Shown: positions 28,651 through 38,250, numbered from the stretch's first letter. The stretch: 63,350 nt of DNA from an uncultured Dehalococcoidales bacterium (GCA_964505425.1 CAZDHX010000001.1:55452-118801); one strand, 5' to 3'. Program-made: numbers and translations. The notes: generated by a model from the letters alone, not told the origin.

Positions 28651-29994
28651 CTATTCTGACAGGGGGAGAGTAAAGGTAAAGCGGCTGCCCTTTCTCAGCT
28701 TGCTCTGGACTTCAATCCTGCCACCATGGGCTTCCACCAGGCGTTTGGCGATGGTAAGCCCCAGGCCACTGCCGCCGGTGGCTCTGGCGCGGGACTTGTC
28801 CACACGGTAGAAGCGCTCAAATATGTTGGGCAAGTCCTTAGCTGGAATGCCCTCGCCCGTATCAACCACGCTGACCCTTATCTGGCTACCCTGTTGCCAT
28901 GCCTCTACCGTTACGCTGCCTCCCTGGCTGGTGTGAGCCATGGCATTCTCCAGGAGGTTGCGCAGGACCTGCTTGATGCGGTGTGAATCAATATTTACCG
29001 ACGGGAGTTTTTCGGCTAGCTTAACCGTCAGCGTTAAACCCTTAGCCGCTGCCTGAGATTGCAGGGTAGCTACTGCCCCATCGATTAGCCTGGAGATGTT
29101 TTCCTTGCGGCAGGCCAGTTTTAGCTCGCCGGCGTCAGCCAGGCTCAGTTCCTGGAGGTCGTCAACGAGCCGTGACAGTGAGGAGACTTCTTCATTGAGG
29201 GAGCGAATAGTATCCGAATCCGGCTTCTTTATACCGTCACGAATTGCTTCCAGATAGCCCCTGATGTTGGACAGGGGAGTCCTGAGTTCATGCGCGGCGT
29301 CGGCTACCATATTTCGCCGCAGCTGCTCAGCGCGTTCCAGGTCACTAGCCATGGAGTTAAAGGACTGAGCAAGCTCGCCTACCTCGCCCTTGTCCCTGAC
29401 ACGGACCCTCTGTGAAAGGTCGCCTTTACCTAAACGCCGGGCAGCCTGAGTAAGGGCTTTGACCGGGGCTAATATGCGCCGTGATAGGAAAAAGGTAAGC
29501 AAAAGGGCAATGGCAACTGCCACCAGTCCTCCCCAGATGAAGAAGCGGCCTATGGCTCCATACACGATGTGTAGTGAAGCAATGTCTACCTCCGGTGATA
29601 GTCCAGGGTCAAGGTAAAGCATGCCAATAGCACCTTTTTCCCACGGAGGAGACATTGGTATTCCCGGTGTATCGGCTTCATATGGCTTTCCTGAAAGCTC
29701 TCCCTCAGAATCAGCGACCACTGTGCCCTCGCTGTCGGTCAGTATAATCCGCCGTCCGTAGAGGTTGCCCCACTGAGCCACCAAGGGCTGAATGCCCTCC
29801 CAGCCCCCCTGCTGGTAGTAATAAGTGGACAGCTCAGCTTCTACTCTTCTGGCCTGCATCAGTTCCATTCGTTCCCCGAACTGGCTGATTTCACTTCGGG
29901 TAGTCCAGTAAGTGAAGAAAAACACGGAGCCGATGGTTACAACTATCACCAGGGCAAAGGCTAATAGGAGACGGAAGTTCAGGTTATGTATCAC
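28651..29994 (-). CDS. Two-TM HAMP sensor histidine kinase (BaeS-like)
   Basis: [20 protein letters not shown]-box AHELRTPL, N-box NLLENA, G-boxes DTGEGI, FYRVD, GSGLGL. Confidence 0.96.
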   Translation of the reverse strand: MIHNLNFRLLLAFALVIVVTIGSVFFFTYWTTRSEISQFGERMELMQARRVEAELSTYYYQQGGWEGIQPLVAQWGNLYGRRIILTDSEGTVVADSEGELSGKPYEADTPGIPMSPPWEKGAIGMLYLDPGLSPEVDIASLHIVYGAIGRFFIWGGLVAVAIALLLTFFLSRRILAPVKALTQAARRLGKGDLSQRVRVRDKGEVGELAQSFNSMASDLERAEQLRRNMVADAAHELRTPLSNIRGYLEAIRDGIKKPDSDTIRSLNEEVSSLSRLVDDLQELSLADAGELKLACRKENISRLIDGAVATLQSQAAAKGLTLTVKLAEKLPSVNIDSHRIKQVLRNLLENAMAHTSQGGSVTVEAWQQGSQIRVSVVDTGEGIPAKDLPNIFERFYRVDKSRARATGGSGLGLTIAKRLVEAHGGRIEVQSKLRKGSRFTFTLPLSE

Positions 29995-30679
29995 TCTTCA
30001 CCTCCAGTAGCTTGTAGCCGGCTCCGTAAACTGTCTTTATGTATCTGGGGTGGCGGGGGTCAGGTTCAATCTTGCGGCGCAGCTTGAGGATATGAACATC
30101 AATAGTGCGGTCAAAGCCATCAAAATCATAGCTAAAGGCTTTCTCAATAATCTGCGCCCGGCTGAAAACTCGCCCCGGTTCCTTAGCCAGAACTCCCAAT
30201 AGCTTGAATTCAATCGGGGTAAGGTTTAGAGGCTTGCCGGCAAGAGAGGCTTCATGTCTAAGGAAGTCTAAGCTAAGCTCCCCATGTTCAATCCTTTCCG
30301 GAAGGCGCTCTCCAGGAAGGCGTCGGAGCACCACCCGCACTCTGGCCGCCAGTTCCCTGGGGCTGAAGGGCTTGGTCACGTAATCATCTGCCCCTAAGCC
30401 CAGGCCTATTAGCTTGTCCCGGTCAGTGGTCCTGGCGGTAAGCATGATGATAGGCACATCGGATTCATCCCTGAGAATGCGGCAGACCTCAAGACCATCA
30501 ATACCAGGTAGCATGAGGTCCAGAACAATAAGGTCAGGATGGCTCTCGCGAGCTAATCGCAGGGCTTCGGTGCCATCATCAGCAGTGAGAACCCGGTAGC
30601 CATCCCGGTTCAGATAGAGCTTGACCAGCTCTACCGTTTTGGCATCATCGTCAACCACCAGAATCTTTTTTCCCGCCAT
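29984..30679 (-). CDS. OmpR/PhoB-family response regulator
   Basis: [20 protein letters not shown], winged helix [18 protein letters not shown]. Confidence 0.97.
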   Translation of the reverse strand: MAGKKILVVDDDAKTVELVKLYLNRDGYRVLTADDGTEALRLARESHPDLIVLDLMLPGIDGLEVCRILRDESDVPIIMLTARTTDRDKLIGLGLGADDYVTKPFSPRELAARVRVVLRRLPGERLPERIEHGELSLDFLRHEASLAGKPLNLTPIEFKLLGVLAKEPGRVFSRAQIIEKAFSYDFDGFDRTIDVHILKLRRKIEPDPRHPRYIKTVYGAGYKLLEVKSDT

Positions 30680-30726
30680 CTCAAAGCCCCCTGCAATTGG
30701 CTATCTTTCCTTAATGTTATACCATA

Positions 30727-30746
30727 AATGTTAAGAAATTGTTAAA
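30727..30746 (-). promoter_or_regulatory. OmpR-type direct repeat at the response-regulator promoter
   Basis: AATGTTAAG (30727) and ATTGTTAAA (30738), 11-bp period; minus-strand TGgTATAAC 9 nt downstream. Confidence 0.6.
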
Positions 30747-30778
30747 AGAAGAGGAGGGGGTATTCCCCCTCCTCTTCT
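30747..30778 (-). terminator. Intrinsic terminator after the secreted-protein gene
   Basis: Perfect 14-bp stem AGAAGAGGAGGGGG-TATT-CCCCCTCCTCTTCT followed by a T tract on the minus strand. Confidence 0.85.
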
Positions 30779-30803
30779 AAAATCTGGCATAGAGCCTTTC
30801 TGG

Positions 30804-31244
30804 TTATTCTGTGGGTTGTGGTGCCTCCCCACCGGGGAAGCCACCGGGTCCGCCGAAGCCGCGATGCATACCAAGACCAGGAAATCCAGGAGCCGATGGG
30901 ATATCTACCTCCGGTTTTGACTCCAACCACGTTTTGTACTGGTCAGCCTGTTCCTGGGTTATCTTGCCCTCGTCTACCAAGCCCTGAAGATAGCTATTCA
31001 GGGCTTCGTCCTGCATCTCGCTTCTAGCCTGGGCAAAGGCTTTTTGCAGCTCCTCAGAGTTGATGGCTGTGCCGGTGTTCTCCTCATAGATAGTGCAGAC
31101 TTTATCCAGCATAGCCTGGTGTTGAGCTACCGGCTGGCCATTATCCCCGTCTCCACTCTGGGCGAGAGCTACCCCGCCTATGCCCCCAAGTAGTACCACT
31201 ACCGTCAAGACTGCGACCAGAAGAAACTTCTTACTCCGCCACAT
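30804..31244 (-). CDS. Secreted helical protein with a G/P-rich tail, associated with the exporter/two-component locus
   Basis: Signal peptide MWRSKKFLLVAVLTVVVLLGGIGGVALA; GGAGGTGA RBS; L..LV.EGKITQEQAD helix motif. Confidence 0.8.
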   Translation of the reverse strand: MWRSKKFLLVAVLTVVVLLGGIGGVALAQSGDGDNGQPVAQHQAMLDKVCTIYEENTGTAINSEELQKAFAQARSEMQDEALNSYLQGLVDEGKITQEQADQYKTWLESKPEVDIPSAPGFPGLGMHRGFGGPGGFPGGEAPQPTE

Positions 31245-31296
31245 TTTTGTTCACCTCCCTTCAGTTATTTGATAGTTCAATCATAGCAATTGAATA

Positions 31297-31312
31297 TTAA
31301 GTTCTGGTTAAG
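31297..31312 (-). promoter_or_regulatory. OmpR-type direct repeat upstream of the secreted-protein gene
   Basis: TTAAG at 31297 and 31308; minus-strand TGcTATGAT 11 nt downstream. Confidence 0.65.
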
Positions 31313-31336
31313 ATATCAACTGAATTCCACCGCTTA

Positions 31337-31429
31337 TCAGACGTGTGAAAAGGCGAAAATCAAGCCGACGGTGACCATAAGGATGCCCAGCCCCAGTAAG
31401 GCATAGAGTAGAACACGTCGTTTAGGCAC
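31337..31429 (-). CDS. Unannotated 30-aa single-TM peptide MPKRRVLLYALLGLGILMVTVGLIFAFSHV
   Basis: GTG start with AAAGGGG RBS, basic N-terminus, hydrophobic helix, TGA TAA stops; own operator and -10 upstream. Confidence 0.6.
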   Translation of the reverse strand: MPKRRVLLYALLGLGILMVTVGLIFAFSHV

Positions 31430-31481
31430 AATGCTACCCCTTTCAACTCGTCGTTATTCTTTGGATAATAGCATCTGAATA

Positions 31482-31497
31482 TTAAATTACGGTTAAG
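31482..31497 (-). promoter_or_regulatory. OmpR-type direct repeat upstream of the 30-aa peptide gene
   Basis: TTAAA at 31482 and TTAAG at 31493; minus-strand TGcTATTAT 11 nt downstream. Confidence 0.6.
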
Positions 31498-31583
31498 GTT
31501 TCGGGGGGTTAATAAATAATCCGCTCTCCTTGTCTGGCATGCTTTAGCTTGCTATAATTAAGCAAGTTTAGCGGGGTAGATAG

Positions 31584-32699
31584 ATGGCATATCGGCGGAT
31601 AGTGGCTAAGTTCGGCACCAGTCTGCTTACCGGCGGCAGCGACCGCCTTGAGCAGGCTATAATGTCCAGCCTGGTGAAGCAGGTGGCGCAGCTGCATAAA
31701 CAGGGGCTGGAGGTAATTATCGTCTCCTCGGGGGCGATAGCCTCGGGGAGGCACCAGCTTGGGTTGGGCAAGAAGGTTAAGGGCGTACCCTTCAAGCAGG
31801 TGCTGGCTTCGGTGGGGCAGCACCGCTTGATGAGCTTATATGAGCAGCTCTTTCGCGAGTATGATATTACGGTGGCGCAGGCGTTGCTGGCTAAGGTTGA
31901 CCTCCTTGACCGCGCCGGCTATCTTAATGCCCGCAATACCCTCCTCGCCCTGCTGGAGCTGGGGGTAATATGCATCGTCAACGAGAACGATGTCGTTGCC
32001 GTTGACGAGCTTCACGAAGCCATGTTTGGCGATAACGATAACCTTTCGGCGATGGTGGCTAACCTTATTGACGCCGACCTGCTGATGATTCTGACCGATA
32101 CCGGCGGGCTCTATACCGCTGACCCTCACCTTGACCCCAAAGCCCGCCTTATTCCTCGGGTGGAGAGGATAGATGCGGAGATTGAGCGCCTGGCGGCGGG
32201 CACGTCCAGCAAGCTTGGCACCGGGGGCATGCTCACCAAGATAGAGGCGGCCAGACTGGCTACATCCTCGGGGGTGGTGGTGGTCATCGCCAATGGCAGG
32301 GAAAAGGATATTATCTTGCGGCTGGCAAAGGGCGAGGCTCTGGGCACTCACTTTTTGCCCGCCGCCAGCAAGCTTGAGAGCCGCCGGCGCTGGATGCTCA
32401 GCGGTCTGGCTGTTAAGGGCAAGCTGGTGGTGGACTCGGGGGCGGCGATAGCCCTCAGGAAGCAGAAAAAAAGTCTGCTCGCCGCCGGTATAGAGGGCGT
32501 TGATGGCGAGTTCCAGCGGGGGGACATAGTGAATATCTATGACCCCGAGGGGTCTCGGCTTGGCTGCGGCATAACCAACTATAGCTCGGCTGACATTGCC
32601 GTAATTAAGGGAACGCACTCGGAGAAGATTACCAGCCTCCTTGGCTACGACTACGGCTCTGAGATAGTGCATAGAAATAATCTGGTAGTATTAGGGTAA
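31584..32699 (+). CDS. proB: Glutamate 5-kinase with PUA domain
   Basis: VAKFGTS, VSSGAIA, NENDVV, FGDND.LSA, GTGGM.TKI, PUA tail VHRNNL. Confidence 0.97.
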   Translation: MAYRRIVAKFGTSLLTGGSDRLEQAIMSSLVKQVAQLHKQGLEVIIVSSGAIASGRHQLGLGKKVKGVPFKQVLASVGQHRLMSLYEQLFREYDITVAQALLAKVDLLDRAGYLNARNTLLALLELGVICIVNENDVVAVDELHEAMFGDNDNLSAMVANLIDADLLMILTDTGGLYTADPHLDPKARLIPRVERIDAEIERLAAGTSSKLGTGGMLTKIEAARLATSSGVVVVIANGREKDIILRLAKGEALGTHFLPAASKLESRRRWMLSGLAVKGKLVVDSGAAIALRKQKKSLLAAGIEGVDGEFQRGDIVNIYDPEGSRLGCGITNYSSADIAVIKGTHSEKITSLLGYDYGSEIVHRNNLVVLG

Positions 32700-32708
32700 G
32701 GAGCAAGC

Positions 32709-32996
32709 ATGGATATTAAAGAGGGTATGGGTAAACTCTACCTCGTTGGGAGCGAGCAATTTATCTCGGATATTGACTATAAGTTTTACCAGGACCTGGA
32801 CGCTGAGCCACCTCGGTGGTGGGGGGAGTTTTACCTTGATAGGAGTAAAAAGCTTGACGAGGAAGATCGGTATATTATAGAGCTGAATGACGGTTGCAAG
32901 GGCAACTGCTTTGTGAAGAAGCTGGTCAACCGAGTGTTTCCTGGTATTCCCGCCAAGTCCGTATATCGCGTTAACGGCTTGGGACTGCTTAAGTAG
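32709..32996 (+). CDS. Hypothetical 95-aa protein between proB and proA
   Basis: ATG with AAGGAG RBS; fills the proB-proA gap in the same orientation. Confidence 0.75.
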   Translation: MDIKEGMGKLYLVGSEQFISDIDYKFYQDLDAEPPRWWGEFYLDRSKKLDEEDRYIIELNDGCKGNCFVKKLVNRVFPGIPAKSVYRVNGLGLLK

Positions 32997-33020
32997 GGTG
33001 TAAGAGGGGGGTAGATAAAA

Positions 33021-34295
33021 ATGCAATCCCCAACAAAGGAACTGGAAGAAAAGGCTAAAGCGGCTAAAGCCGCTTCCCGGCGGATGGCATATCTTTCGTC
33101 TGAGGTCAAGGATAAAGCTTTACATAATGTTGCCAAAGACCTCATAGCCAAGAAGGACGAAATACTCTCCGCCAATAAGCTTGACTACCACGCCGCTCAT
33201 AGCTCAGGGATGAATGCCGCCATGTTGGACAGGCTGATGCTTGACTCCAGCCGCCTTGAGGCGATAGCCGATGATGTGCTGGCGGTGGCGGCACTGCCTG
33301 ACCCGGTGGGGGAGGTGTTTGACATGCGCACCCTGCCCAACGGCTTGCAGCTCAGCCGGAAGCGGGTGCCCTTGGGGGTGGTTGGTGCTATCTACGAGAG
33401 CCGGCCCAATGTTACCATTGATATCTCCGTCCTCTGCCTGAAATCGGGCAACGCCATTATCCTGAGGGGGGGCAAAGAGGCAATTCACTCCAATAGTGCC
33501 TTAGCTAAGGTAGTCCAGGATGCGGCAACCAGGGCTGGCATCCCCGATGGGGCGGTCCAGTTCATTGAGAATACCGACCGCGCCCTGGTCGATAAGATGC
33601 TCAAGATGCGTGATTTCATTGACCTCATGATCCCCCGGGGTGGGGCTGGTCTGATAAAGCTGGTAAGGGATAATGCCGCCATGCCGGTGGTAGCCGGTGG
33701 CATTGGTGTCTGCCATACCTATGTTGATAAAAGCGCCGATGTAAATAAGGCGGTGGCTATCGCTTTTAATGCCAAGGTGCAGCGCCCCACCGTTTGTAAC
33801 GCCCTTGACTGTCTGCTGGTCCATACTGATATTGCCCGGCGCTTTCTCCCGCTGGTGGCGGCGGAGTGGGCGAAGGCGGGGGTGGAGATGCACTGTGATG
33901 AGCGGGCGATGGCTATCCTCAAAGCCAATTCTTCCTTGAAACTCAAGCCAGCTACTGAAGGGGACTGGGGCAAGGAGTTTCTCTCTCTGGTGGCGGCGGT
34001 CAGGGTGGTGGACTCCCTTGATGAGGCGCTGGAGCATATTGAGCGCTATGGCTCAGGGCATTCTGAAGCGATTATCACCGAGGAAGATAGCGCCGCCGTG
34101 CGCTTCCTTGACGAGGTGGACGCCGCCTGCGTCTATGTCAATGCCAGCACCCGTTTCACCGATGGTGGTCAGTTTGGGTTGGGGGCTGAGGTCGGCATCA
34201 GCACCCAGAAGATGCATGCCCGCGGTCCATTGGGGGTTAGAGAACTGACCAGCTACAAGTGGATTATCTTGGGCAGCGGGCAGGTAAGAGCGTAA
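33021..34295 (+). CDS. proA: Gamma-glutamyl phosphate reductase
   Basis: VPLGVVGAIYESRPNVT, LRGGKEA, PRGG, VCNALD, GHSEAI, NASTRFTDG, EVGISTQKMHARGP. Confidence 0.97.
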   Translation: MQSPTKELEEKAKAAKAASRRMAYLSSEVKDKALHNVAKDLIAKKDEILSANKLDYHAAHSSGMNAAMLDRLMLDSSRLEAIADDVLAVAALPDPVGEVFDMRTLPNGLQLSRKRVPLGVVGAIYESRPNVTIDISVLCLKSGNAIILRGGKEAIHSNSALAKVVQDAATRAGIPDGAVQFIENTDRALVDKMLKMRDFIDLMIPRGGAGLIKLVRDNAAMPVVAGGIGVCHTYVDKSADVNKAVAIAFNAKVQRPTVCNALDCLLVHTDIARRFLPLVAAEWAKAGVEMHCDERAMAILKANSSLKLKPATEGDWGKEFLSLVAAVRVVDSLDEALEHIERYGSGHSEAIITEEDSAAVRFLDEVDAACVYVNASTRFTDGGQFGLGAEVGISTQKMHARGPLGVRELTSYKWIILGSGQVRA

Positions 34296-34299
34296 CTGG

Positions 34300-35022
34300 C
34301 TATAGCTTCTCTAGGGCAGCCTGCTGGGTTTCAAATAGCTGCTTGATACCCTTTTCCGCCAGGGCGAGCAGGGAATCAACAGTCTCTCTGGGGAAGGGTT
34401 TTGCCTCCGCTGTGCCCTGGACCTCGACGAACTCGCTCTTGCTCGTCATCACCACGTTAAAGTCAACGGCGGCGTGGCAGTCTTCATCATAGCACAGGTC
34501 CAGTAGCTGGTTACCATGCGCGATGCCGACGCTGGTGGCGGCGACGGCGCTGTTCAGTGGTATGGACGATATTACCCCCATGTTAGCCAGGGTTTGAAGT
34601 GCCTGGTGCAGGGCGACGTAGGCGCCGGTAATGGCGGCTGTTCTGGTGCCGCCGTCTGCCTGCAGGACATCGCAGTCTATAATCAGGGTTCTTTCCCCGA
34701 GCATGGTGAGGTCGGTTACTGCCCGCAGGGAGCGCCCTATTATACGTTGAATCTCCTGGCTTCTACCCGCCACCCTGCCCAGTGATGCTTCGCGGGGGGT
34801 GCGGGTGCTGGTGGAGCGGGGGAGCATACCGTATTCGGCGGTAATCCAGCCGCTGCCCTTGTCCCTGAGGAAGAGGGGCACCTTCTCGTCAGCGCTGACC
34901 GAGCATAGCACTACCGTCTTTCCCAGTTCTATCAGTGCCGAGCCTTCGGCAAAGCTCTGAAAACCGGGGGTTATCTTTACCGGTCTTAGCTCATCCCAGG
35001 CACGCCCGTCAGCCCTTTTCAC
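34300..35022 (-). CDS. rph: Ribonuclease PH
   Basis: RADGR..DELRP, GSALIELG.T.VLC, AEYGMLP, EIQRIIGRSLR, DVLQADGGTRTA. GTG 35022 follows AAGGAG. Confidence 0.97.
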   Translation of the reverse strand: MKRADGRAWDELRPVKITPGFQSFAEGSALIELGKTVVLCSVSADEKVPLFLRDKGSGWITAEYGMLPRSTSTRTPREASLGRVAGRSQEIQRIIGRSLRAVTDLTMLGERTLIIDCDVLQADGGTRTAAITGAYVALHQALQTLANMGVISSIPLNSAVAATSVGIAHGNQLLDLCYDEDCHAAVDFNVVMTSKSEFVEVQGTAEAKPFPRETVDSLLALAEKGIKQLFETQQAALEKL

Positions 35023-35145
35023 CTGACTCTCCTTATTGAGGTATGTCAGAGTATAGCACTGCTCGGTGATATTGGCAATCAAAGGGGCTTGACAGCCTTT
35101 GATGGAGCATACTATTCTATATATTATGAGTCCCGAGGGGGAGAA

Positions 35146-37194
35146 ATGCGTATAGAAAGCATAGGCACTACTGAGCACCTGGGCTCGGTGAAGATTTACG
35201 GCGTGCGCCGGGTCCTTGAGTTAGACTCGGGGGTGAAACCCCTTCAAGATGACATTCCGGAAGTCCAGAGAATCGAGAAGGAGGCTCTTGAAGATATTGA
35301 GCGGCGGATGGTGGTTGTGCTCCCCATCAAAAACGAAAACCTTAAGGTCTTTGAGGGTGTGCTCAGTGGCGTACCTCACGACTGCCTGATGATAGTAGTC
35401 TCCAATAGCCGGAGGGGGGAAGTGGATACCTTTGGCAATGAGCGGGATATCTTAGCTCGGTTTTGCCACGCTACCAAACGCCAGGCTTTGATTGTTCATC
35501 AAAAAGACCCTGCCCTGGCTGAGGCTCTCAGACAAGCCGATTATGGTGAGGTCCTGGCTGAGGATGGGTTGGTGAGGAATGGGAAGAGCGAGGGGATGAT
35601 GATAGGGATTTTATTGACTATGCTGCATGGCAAGGATTACGTGGGGTTTATTGATACCGATAATTACATACCAGGTGCCGTCTGGGAGTATGTGAAGCAC
35701 TACGCCATCAGCTTTAGCCTAGCCCAATCCCCCTATGTTATGGCCAGGATTTTATGGCATTATAAGCCTAAGATTGCCGGGGAGATATTTTTTAAGAAGT
35801 GGGGGAGGGTCTCGGAAATAAGCAATAAATACATAAATCACCTCTTATCGACAAAGAAAAGATTTGAAACCGAGATTATAAAGACAGCCAATGCCGGAGA
35901 GCACGCCATGAGCATAGAGCTGGCCAAGATGCTCACCTACGGCTCCGGCTATGCTGTTGAAGTGCAGGAACTGATGTCCATCTTTGAGCAGTTTGCCGAG
36001 ATACTGCCTATAAGCGACAAGACGGCGGCGGAGAAGGGGGTAGAGCTAATTCAAACCGAGACGATAAACCCCCACCTTCATGAGGAAAGGGGTGGCGAGC
36101 ATCTGGTGCAGGACATGTTATTGCCCAGCCTTTCCGTCATCTACCATAGTCCCCTTTGCGAATTATCCACCAAGCACCTCATCTTTAACCAGTTGCTGGA
36201 GCAGGAGTGTTTGAAGCCAACGGATGAGGTCCCCAAGATGAGGCTTATCCCCCCGCCTCAAAAAGCAGATATGCAGAAGTTCGCCCGGGCAATTGAGGCG
36301 CAGCTCCCCGGGTATTCAGTGCCCAAGGGACGAGTATTACGCGAGAGGTTAATCAATGCTGAATTTGGTCGGTCAGAGGCGGCGGTGCGAAAGGTGGTGT
36401 TTACCGATTTGGACGGCAGTCTGCTTCACCCCCTCACCTATTCCTATACCCAGGCGCTGGATGCCTTAAGACTGCTGCAGGAAAAGGGGATACCAATCGT
36501 ATTCTGCTCGGCAAAGACAAGGGCTGAGCAGGAGGTTTATAGAAGGGAGCTGGGGGTAAAAGACCCATTTATAGTTGAAAATGGGGGGGCTATCTTTATT
36601 CCACGGGATTATTTCCGTCTCAATTTTGCCTATGACAAGGCGACCACGGATTATCTTGTGATTGAGCTGGGCACTCCCTACCCGGAAGTGAGACGAAAAC
36701 TAAAGAAGGCTGTTGAGGGGGAGACTGGCTGCCGTGTTATCGGTTTTGGCGATATGAGTGTAGAGGAGGTGGCTCGCCAGACCGGTCTAAGTTTGACTCT
36801 TGCCGAGTTTGCTAAGCAAAGGGAGTACAGCGAGACGGTCAAGATTGAAGGTAATAAGAAGGATATAGACCGCGTGGTAAAGAAGATTGAGCAGGCAGGG
36901 CTTAACTGTGTCTTCGGGGGAAGGTTTTACGGGGTGACGGAAGGGAGCGATAAGGGTAAGGCAGTCAAGGTCCTGTCCGAGCTTTTCAAGCTAAATATGG
37001 GCAAGATAAAGACCATCGGTATCGGGGATACTGATAGTGATTTGCCGATGCTGGCGGTGATGGACCTGCCAATATTGGTGCAGGAGCAGCGCAATCGGTG
37101 GCGAAAGCTGAAGCTGCGGAATGTACGTAAGGTTAAAGGGGTGGGACCGGAGGGGTGGAGTGCAGCGGTTAGAGGGCTGGTGGTCGTCGACTAG
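35146..37194 (+). CDS. mgsD: Bifunctional mannosyl-3-phosphoglycerate synthase/phosphatase
   Basis: N-terminal MPGS (VLPIKNE, FIDTDNYIPGAV.EY, YKPK, WGRVSE, NAGEHA) fused to a HAD-IIB phosphatase (FTDLDGSLL, ENGG, IGD..SD). ATG 35146 follows GAGGGGGAG. Confidence 0.9.
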   Translation: MRIESIGTTEHLGSVKIYGVRRVLELDSGVKPLQDDIPEVQRIEKEALEDIERRMVVVLPIKNENLKVFEGVLSGVPHDCLMIVVSNSRRGEVDTFGNERDILARFCHATKRQALIVHQKDPALAEALRQADYGEVLAEDGLVRNGKSEGMMIGILLTMLHGKDYVGFIDTDNYIPGAVWEYVKHYAISFSLAQSPYVMARILWHYKPKIAGEIFFKKWGRVSEISNKYINHLLSTKKRFETEIIKTANAGEHAMSIELAKMLTYGSGYAVEVQELMSIFEQFAEILPISDKTAAEKGVELIQTETINPHLHEERGGEHLVQDMLLPSLSVIYHSPLCELSTKHLIFNQLLEQECLKPTDEVPKMRLIPPPQKADMQKFARAIEAQLPGYSVPKGRVLRERLINAEFGRSEAAVRKVVFTDLDGSLLHPLTYSYTQALDALRLLQEKGIPIVFCSAKTRAEQEVYRRELGVKDPFIVENGGAIFIPRDYFRLNFAYDKATTDYLVIELGTPYPEVRRKLKKAVEGETGCRVIGFGDMSVEEVARQTGLSLTLAEFAKQREYSETVKIEGNKKDIDRVVKKIEQAGLNCVFGGRFYGVTEGSDKGKAVKVLSELFKLNMGKIKTIGIGDTDSDLPMLAVMDLPILVQEQRNRWRKLKLRNVRKVKGVGPEGWSAAVRGLVVVD

Positions 37195-37267
37195 GCTTTT
37201 TTCTACCTCACCCCCTCTTTACCCTAAAAAATCTGTGATTTTTCAGGGAACCCGAATTTAATATGGT

Positions 37268-37353
37268 AACCTCACCCCCTGTATCCCCCTCTCCTTCTCA
37301 AGGAGAGGGGGAATTTAATTAAAAGAGGGGCGTTAGCCCCTCTTAAACACCCC
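37268..37353 (+). repeat. REP/BIME-like two-hairpin element, full copy 2 (extra partial leader at about 37205-37250)
   Basis: AACCTCACCCCCTGTAT-CCCCCTCTCCTT-CTC-AAGGAGAGGGGG, spacer, AAGAGGGGC-GTTA-GCCCCTCTT-AAACACCCC. Confidence 0.9.
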
Positions 37354-37409
37354 AGTTAACATAAAAGGTTGTGGTATAATATAAAGAGCAAAGAAAGTTT
37401 GCAAGAAGT

Positions 37410-37796
37410 ATGAAGCTTAAAATCTATCTTCTATACTACGGCGGGTGGCTTCTGGTTTTATTGGGGGCACTATTGCTTTTGGGCTCTTTTGTTCTGCCAA
37501 TTTTGCACTTTTCGGGTGTAAGGTGGGAGTGGTTTGGTAATCCGTCACCGGGTTTTGTTTTTGCTATGTCTATTAGGATGTTTGTTTCGGGTGGCATAGC
37601 GGAGGGGTTAGGGGTGTGGTTGGTTCGGTTGGCGCACAAGAAGGCGTGGGAGGAACAGCTACCAAAAGAGACAAGAGAGATAGTAGAGCGCGAAGCTAAG
37701 GATTTTTGGCAAAAGGTTAAAGATAAAGAGGAGCACAAAATCGCACAAGACAAGGGCGACGAGGCACGACGCTGGTTTGACACTACTAAGAGATAA
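37410..37796 (+). CDS. Hypothetical membrane protein: two N-terminal helices and a charged C-terminal tail
   Basis: ORF with its own TGtGGTATAAT promoter; hydrophobic N-half; AT-richer than flanks. Confidence 0.7.
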   Translation: MKLKIYLLYYGGWLLVLLGALLLLGSFVLPILHFSGVRWEWFGNPSPGFVFAMSIRMFVSGGIAEGLGVWLVRLAHKKAWEEQLPKETREIVEREAKDFWQKVKDKEEHKIAQDKGDEARRWFDTTKR

Positions 37797-37812
37797 AGAA
37801 GGTGATTAAGGC

Positions 37813-38025
37813 GTGAAAAGAGGACGGCTTCTGTTTGAGTTCTATATCAGAGTTATCGCGTGGGTTGGTGTAGTTCTCTTTGGATTATCCAATGCTCTGC
37901 GATGGATACAAATCTCCCCCGCTGACACTGTTTGGACAGTTCTCGTATGGATATTTTTCTTTGCTATACTCATAACAGGGTTCTTTGATTTGCGGCGATT
38001 CGTTGATAGGATTAAGGCAAGCTGA
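37813..38025 (+). CDS. Small two-TM hypothetical protein
   Basis: GTG start after AAGGTG; two hydrophobic segments. Confidence 0.65.
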   Translation: MKRGRLLFEFYIRVIAWVGVVLFGLSNALRWIQISPADTVWTVLVWIFFFAILITGFFDLRRFVDRIKAS

Positions 38026-38034
38026 AAAATTCTA

Positions 38035-38083
38035 TTCCCCCTTCCCCTTGTCAAGGGGAAGGGGGATAAAGGGGGATAGGGTC
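38035..38083 (-). repeat. REP-like element, hairpin-A-only copy
   Basis: TTCCCCCTTCCCCTTG-T-CAAGGGGAAGGGGG-ATAAAGGGGGATAGGGT. Confidence 0.85.
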
Positions 38084-38111
38084 AATTAAGTAATGTAAGG
38101 GGAAAGAAGAA

Positions 38112-38249
38112 ATGCGTAAAAAGAGGAAGATAAATCCTGTACGGACGGATTACCAGAAAGGGTACGACAGAGGATACAAAGCAGGTAGAAAAGCCAAGAG
38201 TAGAATTTACACTCTATCGGGGCATCTTGGGAAACCACCGAAGGTTTAG
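38112..38249 (+). CDS. Possible 45-aa basic small protein MRKKRKINPVRTDYQKGYDRGYKAGRKAKSRIYTLSGHLGKPPKV
   Basis: ATG after AAGGGG; TAG at 38247-38249, abutting the pncC stop. Below the ORF-track cutoff. Confidence 0.45.
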   Translation: MRKKRKINPVRTDYQKGYDRGYKAGRKAKSRIYTLSGHLGKPPKV

Positions 38250-38250
38250 G

